Shown one piece after another: positions 57,584 to 64,000 of a stretch of DNA of 64,000 nucleotides (position 1 is the stretch's first letter; each line of letters starts with the position of its first letter). The DNA is from an uncultured Gemmatimonadaceae bacterium. GTDB taxonomy: Bacteria; Gemmatimonadota; Gemmatimonadetes; Gemmatimonadales; Gemmatimonadaceae. Both the position numbers and the translations under genes were made by a program. The notes under the pieces were generated by a model that saw nothing but the letters and a program-made list of their open reading frames with translations, made no database searches and was not told the origin of the DNA. The stretch spans positions 544,001 to 608,000 of the forward strand of contig CAVXGK010000001.1 in the NCBI GenBank assembly GCA_963761305.1, in the 5' to 3' direction.

Positions 57584-59011
57584 TCACTCGTAGCGGAGGC
57601 ACACGATCGGATCCTGTTTCGCGGCGCGCGACGCGGGCACGATGCCGAACAGCACGCCCACCGCCGCCGATACGCCGAACGCGACGACGACGGACATCGG
57701 CGAAACGATCGTGTGGATCTTGGCGATGCGTTCGATGGCGGTCGCGAGCCCGACGCCGAGCAGAATGCCGGCGAGGCCGCCGGCGAGGCTGATCATCACC
57801 GCCTCGCTCAGGAATTGCGCGCCGATCTCGTTGCGCGTCGCGCCGACGGCGCGCCGCACGCCGATCTCCTTGATGCGCTCGAGGATCGACGCGAGCATGA
57901 TGTTCATGATGCCGATCCCACCCACGATGAGCGAGATCGACGCGATCGCGCCGAGCACGATGTTGAAGATCGTCTTCGTGTGCTGCTCCTGTTGCAGCAA
58001 CAGCTCGGGCACCGTGATCTCGAAATCGGTGACGTCGTTGTGCCGGCGCTGGAGCATGCGGCGCGAGAGATCGGCGACGGCGGTGACGGCGTCCGACTTG
58101 TCGACCTGCACGATCACCTTGTCGAGCTGGTTGTAGTTCCGCTTCTCGGCGCGTTGGTCGTCGGTCTCGCTCGAGTCCGCGTTCGAGCCGCCGCTGTTGG
58201 CGTCCTGGGCCGCAAGCTCCATTTCCTGTTGCGTCACCTCGGCCCGATTCCGATAGCGCAGCAACATGGTCGGCAGCGGGACGTAGACGTCCATGTTGGC
58301 GTCGCGAATGCCGAGCTTCGACGCGATGTCGGCCGAGAACTTCCGGTCCTCGAGCACGCCGACCACGGTGAGCCATCCGTTGCCGACCTTGATCGGCTTG
58401 CCGATCGGATTTTCCGTCGTGAAGAAGCGCGCCTTCACGCCCTGCCCGATGATCGTCACCGGCGCCGAGCTCGAATACTGCATCTGCCCGAACGGGGCGC
58501 CCTGATCGATCCGGAGATTCATGATGCGGAAGTAGGTCGAGTCGACGCCGACGATCTTGCCCGAGCGATGTTGGCCCTCGCGCGTGATGACGCTGTTGAC
58601 GACGACCTCGCTGCTGGTCCCCATCACGTCCGGCACGACACGCCGAATGGCCTCCGCGTCGAGGTACGACAGGCCCGGCGTGAAGCGCTTGCTGTCTTTC
58701 TTCGCCGTCGGGTCGTTGTCGACCTTGCCTTCCTTCTGCTCGACGATTGGCGTGATGACGATGTTGTTCGCGCCGAGGAGCTTCATCTCCTCGAGGATCG
58801 CCTGCTCGGCGCCGCTGCCGATGGCGAGCATCGCGATCACCGACGCGACGCCGAAGAGGATGCCGAGCGACGTGAGACCCGCCCGCAGCTTGTTGTGGGC
58901 GAGCGCTTCAGCAGCGGTCCCGGCGCTGAAGCCGAGTTGCGCGATGAACGCCTGCAGTCGCGACGCCGGAGGTGTTGGCGTCGCGGCCGATTCCGCGGCG
59001 AAGGTCGCCAC
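57584..59011 (-). CDS. MacB-like ABC transporter permease (no fused ATPase)
   Basis: HNKLRAGLTSLGILFGVASVIAM, ISLIVGGIGIMNIM, ERIKEIGVRRAVGA, DPI..LRYE. Confidence 0.92.
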   Translation of the reverse strand: MATFAAESAATPTPPASRLQAFIAQLGFSAGTAAEALAHNKLRAGLTSLGILFGVASVIAMLAIGSGAEQAILEEMKLLGANNIVITPIVEQKEGKVDNDPTAKKDSKRFTPGLSYLDAEAIRRVVPDVMGTSSEVVVNSVITREGQHRSGKIVGVDSTYFRIMNLRIDQGAPFGQMQYSSSAPVTIIGQGVKARFFTTENPIGKPIKVGNGWLTVVGVLEDRKFSADIASKLGIRDANMDVYVPLPTMLLRYRNRAEVTQQEMELAAQDANSGGSNADSSETDDQRAEKRNYNQLDKVIVQVDKSDAVTAVADLSRRMLQRRHNDVTDFEITVPELLLQQEQHTKTIFNIVLGAIASISLIVGGIGIMNIMLASILERIKEIGVRRAVGATRNEIGAQFLSEAVMISLAGGLAGILLGVGLATAIERIAKIHTIVSPMSVVVAFGVSAAVGVLFGIVPASRAAKQDPIVCLRYE

Positions 59012-59014
59012 GCG

Positions 59015-60409
59015 TCAGCCCTTTAGCTTCGTCGCGGGGGCGGCGCTCGTTGGCGCGGGCTTCACGGCGCCTTTCGCGCTGTCGGACTTCGCGGGAAGCG
59101 TCACCGATTTGGCGGTGTCGCCACCGCTGCCCGGCGGCGCGGTCGGCTGCAGGCCGGGAATGATCTCCGTCTTGACGGTGGCCTTGTCCGCCGGCGGCGT
59201 CAGGAAGACGCGATCCTCTTCGGTCAGCCCCTTCTTCACGACGATTTCGTTGTCGTTCGTCTCGCCGGTCTCGATCATCTGCTTCACGACGCCGCGGCCG
59301 CTCTTCTTGAACGCGTACGAGTAGCCGCCTTCGGACGCGACCGCCTCGAGCGGGATCGAGAGGACTTTCGGCACTGACGCGACCTCGATGGCGTTCGCCG
59401 TCGTCATGCCGGGTCGCAGCGTCGTGTCCGCCTTTTCGACCTCGATCTTCACCTCGAACACCTTCGAGTCCTGGTTCGGCCGCTGCTCGCCGACGTTCGC
59501 GATCGCCGTCACCTTCCCGGTGAGCTTTTTCGTCGGGTCGGCGTCGAGCGAGATCGACACGGGCTGCCCGACGAGCAGCTTCCGCACGTCGACCTCGTTC
59601 ACGTACGTCTGCGACTCCATCTGCGTGAGGTCGGGCAGCGTCGCCACGGTCGGATCCCACGTGTTCCACTGCGACCCGACGCCCTTTTTCTTTCCGTTCC
59701 ATTCGCGAACGTAGATGACCATGCCGGGCGACGGCGCGTTGATCGTGAAACCGTTCAGCGCGTCTTGCACCATCTTGAGGTTCGCCTGCTGGCGACCCAA
59801 CTCGGCGGCCGCGACCGACATCTTCGCTTCGGCCTGCTTCGTCTTGGTATCGAGATTCTTCTTCGACTGATCGAGGGCGCGCTGCGCCTTCTCGTAGTCG
59901 ATCTCCGCCTGCCGCTTGATCGACGGCGCTTCGAACTGCGCCTGCTCCTTGGCGATTCGTTTTTCTTCGAGGCCGTACTCGGCCGTCTTCACGTCCTCGC
60001 GCGCCTGTGAAAGGTTGAGCGCGGAGTCCAGCGACACGTCGGTGAATTGCGCTTGGGCCTTCTGCAGATCGAGCGTCACGCTCTGTTGGCGCGTCGCGGC
60101 GGGCGCGCGATCCAGCTCGGCGATCTTGTCGCCTTCCTTGACGACCGTGCCTTCCGGGACGATCCAGGTGATCTTCGACTGATAGATCTGCGCTGGCTGC
60201 GAGTTCGGCCCCTGAATCTGCACGAACTTGCGAGCGCGGAGCTCGCCCGTGGTGGTCACGATGACCTTGAAGGTGCCCTTCTTGACCGGCGTGGTGAGCA
60301 CGGCATCGGCCCCCGACGCGGTCGTGGGCCATTTGTACCAAGCCACCGGCCCGCCAACGACGAGAACGGCGATCAGAATCGGGAGCCAGCGCGCACGCAG
60401 TTGACGCAT
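59015..60409 (-). CDS. MacA-like periplasmic adaptor subunit
   Basis: N-terminal TM, EGTVVKEGD, INAPSPG, VNEVDV, LRPGMT, IPLEAV. Confidence 0.9.
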   Translation of the reverse strand: MRQLRARWLPILIAVLVVGGPVAWYKWPTTASGADAVLTTPVKKGTFKVIVTTTGELRARKFVQIQGPNSQPAQIYQSKITWIVPEGTVVKEGDKIAELDRAPAATRQQSVTLDLQKAQAQFTDVSLDSALNLSQAREDVKTAEYGLEEKRIAKEQAQFEAPSIKRQAEIDYEKAQRALDQSKKNLDTKTKQAEAKMSVAAAELGRQQANLKMVQDALNGFTINAPSPGMVIYVREWNGKKKGVGSQWNTWDPTVATLPDLTQMESQTYVNEVDVRKLLVGQPVSISLDADPTKKLTGKVTAIANVGEQRPNQDSKVFEVKIEVEKADTTLRPGMTTANAIEVASVPKVLSIPLEAVASEGGYSYAFKKSGRGVVKQMIETGETNDNEIVVKKGLTEEDRVFLTPPADKATVKTEIIPGLQPTAPPGSGGDTAKSVTLPAKSDSAKGAVKPAPTSAAPATKLKG

Positions 60410-60699
60410 CTCGAGGGTCCTCGAGTCGGGTGGTCGGGCAACTGCCGATAGAACGCGACGCAAAACGGCGCCAAGCGGGTCGCGCCCGGATACTAGCGGC
60501 GGCGGGCCAACCCGGGCATGAACGGTTCATTAGCGTTCGATGAACGCCAGGATACCCTCACGCCGGGGCCCGGTTCCGTCGACGCCAGGCATTCGACACT
60601 ACGAGCCGGAGAAGCGTTTGCTTCAATCCGGCTGGGGCCGGTTGGCGGCGCCCCGGCCGAGAGCTGGGCCGGGGCATCGGTGGGCCGGGGACCGTCCCT

Positions 60700-62382
60700 C
60701 TAGAAAAGCCCGACGATCTCCCCGCTGGGGAGGCGAGCCATTCGCTCGGCGGCCGGCTCTTTCGGCAGGCCGGGCATTGTCATGATGTCGCCGCACTGAG
60801 CTACCACGAAGCCGGCTCCAGCGGACGGGCGCACCTCGTTCACCGTGATCCTGAACCCCCGGGGGCGACCCAGCTTCGTCGCGTCATCGGTGAGCGAGTA
60901 CTGCGTCTTGGCCATACACACCGGCGTGTTGCCCATGCCGATCGACTCCAAGTACGTGATCGCGCGATCCGCTTCGGGCGAGTAGTCGGCCCCGTCGCCT
61001 CCGTAGATCCGCCGAACGATCGTGTCGATCTTCTCCTTGATCGGCCGGTCCGTGGCGTAGAGCGGGCGATACTCCGCGCCCTTTTTGTCGAGCAACGTCA
61101 TCAGCTCGGTACCCAGCGCTTCGCCGCCTGCACCGCCCTTCTCCCACACTTCCGTCAGCGCCAGCGGCACGCCGAGCGATTTCGCGAAGTCGGCCACGAG
61201 CGCCAACTCCGCGTCACTGTCGGCTGAACGGCGGTTGAGCGCGACGACGCCCGGCACGCCGAAGTGCCGAACGTTCTCGACGTGCTTTTCGAGATTTGGC
61301 AAGCCGCGCTCGAGCGCACGCAGATCCTCGACACCCAGATTCTTCTTGTCGGCGCCGCCGTGCATCTTGAGCGACCGCACCGTCGCGACGATGACCGCCG
61401 CTTCGGGATTCAGGCCGCCCATGCGACACTTGATGTCGAAGAACTTCTCGGCGCCGAGGTCCGACCCGAATCCCGCCTCGGTGACGACGAGATCGGCGAG
61501 CGCGAGCGCCGAGCGCGTGGCGAGAATGCTGTTGCAGCCGTGGGCGATGTTGCCGAACGGACCCGCGTGCACGAAGGCAGGACCGCCCTCGAGCGTTTGC
61601 ACCAGGTTCGGTCGGATCGCGTCCTTGAGCAGCAGCGCCATTGCGCCGGCCGCGCGCAGCTCGCCGGCGGTGACCGGACGCTTCGACGCGCCGTAGGTCG
61701 CGCCGAGAATGATGCGAGCGAGCCGCTCTTCGAGATCCTGCACGCTCGTCGCCAGCGCGACGATGGCCATGATCTCGCTCGCCGGCACGATGATGAAATG
61801 CTCTTCACGCGGCACACCGTCGCCGACGCCGCCGAGGCCGACGATGACGTTGCGCAGCGCGCGGTCGTTCATGTCGATCGTGCGCGGCCAGGTAATGCGG
61901 CGCGGATCGATGCCGAGCGCGTTCCCCTGCTGCAGATGGTTGTCGAGCATCGCCGCGAGCAACGCGTGGGCGCTCGAGATCGCGTGGAAGTCGCCGGTGA
62001 AGTGCAGGTTGATGTCGTCCATCGGCACGACCTGCGCGAAGCCGCCGCCGGCGGCGCCGCCCTTCACGCCGAACACGGGTCCGAGGCTCGGCTCGCGAAT
62101 GCAGAGCGCGACCTTTTGCCCCATGCGTCGCAGCGCCTGCGCCAGTCCCACCGACACGGTGCTCTTCCCTTCGCCGGCGGGCGTGGGGTTCGTCGCCGTG
62201 ACGACGACCAGTCGGCCGCGAATCGGCCGCTGGGCGATGTCGAGCGGAATTTTCGCGATGTATTTGCCGTGGAGATCCAGCTCGTTGCGCTCGAGTCCGA
62301 GCTCCGCGGCGACGTCCTCGATGGGACGCATCTTGACGCGTTGGGCGATTTCGATATCCGACGGGACGACAGTCGTGCTCAC
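60700..62382 (-). CDS. fhs: Formate--tetrahydrofolate ligase
   Basis: TPAGEGKST, REPSLGPVFGVKGGAAGGG, INLHFTGD, TEAGFG.DLGAEKF, MTMPGLP. Confidence 0.97.
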   Translation of the reverse strand: MSTTVVPSDIEIAQRVKMRPIEDVAAELGLERNELDLHGKYIAKIPLDIAQRPIRGRLVVVTATNPTPAGEGKSTVSVGLAQALRRMGQKVALCIREPSLGPVFGVKGGAAGGGFAQVVPMDDINLHFTGDFHAISSAHALLAAMLDNHLQQGNALGIDPRRITWPRTIDMNDRALRNVIVGLGGVGDGVPREEHFIIVPASEIMAIVALATSVQDLEERLARIILGATYGASKRPVTAGELRAAGAMALLLKDAIRPNLVQTLEGGPAFVHAGPFGNIAHGCNSILATRSALALADLVVTEAGFGSDLGAEKFFDIKCRMGGLNPEAAVIVATVRSLKMHGGADKKNLGVEDLRALERGLPNLEKHVENVRHFGVPGVVALNRRSADSDAELALVADFAKSLGVPLALTEVWEKGGAGGEALGTELMTLLDKKGAEYRPLYATDRPIKEKIDTIVRRIYGGDGADYSPEADRAITYLESIGMGNTPVCMAKTQYSLTDDATKLGRPRGFRITVNEVRPSAGAGFVVAQCGDIMTMPGLPKEPAAERMARLPSGEIVGLF

Positions 62383-62386
62383 GGCG

Positions 62387-63235
62387 TTAGACCTCGAGTG
62401 ACAGCGGGTGGATGCGTTCAGGATGAGTGTAGACGTTCGCCGACTCGCCGCGCAGCAGACCGACCAGCGTCACGCCCGCGGCGTCGGCAAATCGAATCGC
62501 CAAACCGGTCGGCCGCGAGATGGCGGCGACGAGCTCCACGCCGCTCGCGGCCGCCTTCTGCACCATTTCGTAGCTCGCGCGGCTGGTGACGACGATGAAT
62601 CCGCTGGCGGCCGAAATCCCTCCGCGGCCGAGCGCGCCGAGCACTTTGTCGAGCGCGTTGTGGCGCCCGACGTCCTCGCGCGCGACCTGGAGCTCGCCGG
62701 CCGCCGTGGACCAGCCGGCGCCATGCACCGTGCTCGTGGCGTTGTTCACGGACTGCAGCCGTGATAGGTCCGCGCTCGCTGCCCAGAGCGCGGACCTGTC
62801 GACGCGCAGCGAGCGCCCGACTTCCGGCGGCATGCGCAGCGCGTCGCCGATCGTTCCGACGCCGCACAATCCGCAGCCCGTTCGCGACACGAGGCCGCGC
62901 ACGCGCCCGCCGAGGCGGTCGGCGTCGTCCGAAGAGATCCGGATCTGTAACTCGATGCCGTGGTTCACGCGCACCGCGTCGACGTGTTCGATGCGCGACG
63001 CGTCGGCGACGATGCCCTCGGTGATGCTGAATCCGACGGCGAGATCGTCGAGGTCGCTCGGCGTTCCCATCACGACCACGTACGACCGGCCGTTGTACAC
63101 GAACGCGATCGGCACTTCCTCGGCGACTTCGGCCGATGATTCCGACGACGAGTCGCCCGTCAGGCGGACGAAGGACCGTGCCGCCGACGCGCGCGCGTAG
63201 CCGAGCCCGGTGAGCGGATGGTCAGTGACGGCCAT
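62387..63235 (-). CDS. fdhD: Formate dehydrogenase accessory sulfurtransferase
   Basis: VAEEVP, CGLCG, REDVGRHNALDK, TSRASYEMVQK. Confidence 0.93.
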   Translation of the reverse strand: MAVTDHPLTGLGYARASAARSFVRLTGDSSSESSAEVAEEVPIAFVYNGRSYVVVMGTPSDLDDLAVGFSITEGIVADASRIEHVDAVRVNHGIELQIRISSDDADRLGGRVRGLVSRTGCGLCGVGTIGDALRMPPEVGRSLRVDRSALWAASADLSRLQSVNNATSTVHGAGWSTAAGELQVAREDVGRHNALDKVLGALGRGGISAASGFIVVTSRASYEMVQKAAASGVELVAAISRPTGLAIRFADAAGVTLVGLLRGESANVYTHPERIHPLSLEV

Positions 63236-64000
63236 TGCCTTCTCGCGCGGCGCCGTCGCGCGGCTGCACGAAGCGCCACCCGAACCGACCCTTGATGCAG
63301 AGATTGCCCTGCGTGATCGAATTCTCGAGCGGCGACGTCGCCTTGATGATCTCGCCGTCGTCGACGTGCAGGCGCAGCGTGCACCCGACGCCACAGTACG
63401 GACAGATGGTGTCCGTCGTCGTCATTCGTGACTCGTTCCACGTGCCGACGGCGCGGCGATCGTATTCGCTCTTCGCCATCAACGCACCCGTCGGGCAGAC
63501 CGCGATGCAGTTGCCGCAGTACACGCACGCCGACTCGGGCAGCGGAACCGCGAACTCCGTCGAGATGTGGGCGTCGAATCCTCGCCCGGCGACGGCGATC
63601 GCGAACGTGTTCTGATGGTCCGGCCCGCACGCTTCCACGCACTTGTAACAGAGAATGCACTTCGCGTAGTCGCGCACGTAGAGATCGTTGTCGACCTTCG
63701 TCGGCTCGGCCACCGTCGCGGCGAACGCAGGATCGGGCGGCGTGTGGTGTCCCGGGATCGATGCGTCGCGCGTTCCGGCGGGCGCCGGTGGCGCCTTCGG
63801 TCCGAAGCGCTCGGGCTTCGCGTCGTAGTCGTCGATCCAGCGCTCCACGTCGGAAGTCGTCGAGAGATCCACCGACGACGCGAGGAGCTCGAGCACGAGC
63901 TTGCGGCTGTGCTTCACGCGCGGCGAGTCGGTATGAACGACCATGCCTTCTTCGGCGGCGCGCGAGCACGAGGGCGCCAGCACGCGCGCGCCCTCGACCT
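63222..64000 (-). CDS. Fe-S subunit resembling the N-terminus of formate dehydrogenase alpha (5' truncated by window edge)
   Basis: CILCYKCVEAC, CVYCGNCIAVCP, TICPYCGVGC..LCIKGRFG, then stop. Confidence 0.85.
   Translation of the reverse strand, partial: VEGARVLAPSCSRAAEEGMVVHTDSPRVKHSRKLVLELLASSVDLSTTSDVERWIDDYDAKPERFGPKAPPAPAGTRDASIPGHHTPPDPAFAATVAEPTKVDNDLYVRDYAKCILCYKCVEACGPDHQNTFAIAVAGRGFDAHISTEFAVPLPESACVYCGNCIAVCPTGALMAKSEYDRRAVGTWNESRMTTTDTICPYCGVGCTLRLHVDDGEIIKATSPLENSITQGNLCIKGRFGWRFVQPRDGAAREGNGRH

Noticed and set aside
620..62589. Many long alternative-frame and antisense ORFs (e.g. 620..2062, 3642..5714, 9040..11145, 25721..27727, 50371..52230, 61264..62589)
   Set aside because: Arg/Ala/Gly-rich shadows of well-supported genes, expected in high-GC DNA; no motifs recognised

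Overview
High-GC bacterial chromosomal DNA. The gene content (SusC/SusD pair, many secreted peptidases, TonB-dependent receptors, DUF1800/DUF1501) suggests Gemmatimonadota, but this is an inference. The window holds about 55 genes for envelope, transport, proteolysis and metabolism. I found no rRNA, tRNA, CRISPR array, prophage or transposase. The strongest signal is absent from the ORF track: a complete tyrosine-codon transcription attenuator upstream of the aroF-chorismate mutase-tyrA operon (55880-56060, minus strand). It has a sigma70 promoter, an apparently leaderless peptide MIRAAAYVYSYYYATRTGRGRSRTR, alternative 1:2/2:3/3:4 stems and an intrinsic terminator. Other non-coding features: a TPP riboswitch overlapping the RBS of a TonB-dependent receptor, many genes with a -10 hexamer 6-7 nt before the start codon (leaderless-like, including a head-to-head overlapping pair), candidate TetR and LytTR operators, two families of long palindromic intergenic elements, and a triplicated mgtE 3' end. 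Three genes look broken: an M28 peptidase with two +1 frameshifts, a DUF1634 remnant with an in-frame TAG, and a regulator remnant with an in-frame TGA. All product calls come from motif recognition by eye; no searches were run.
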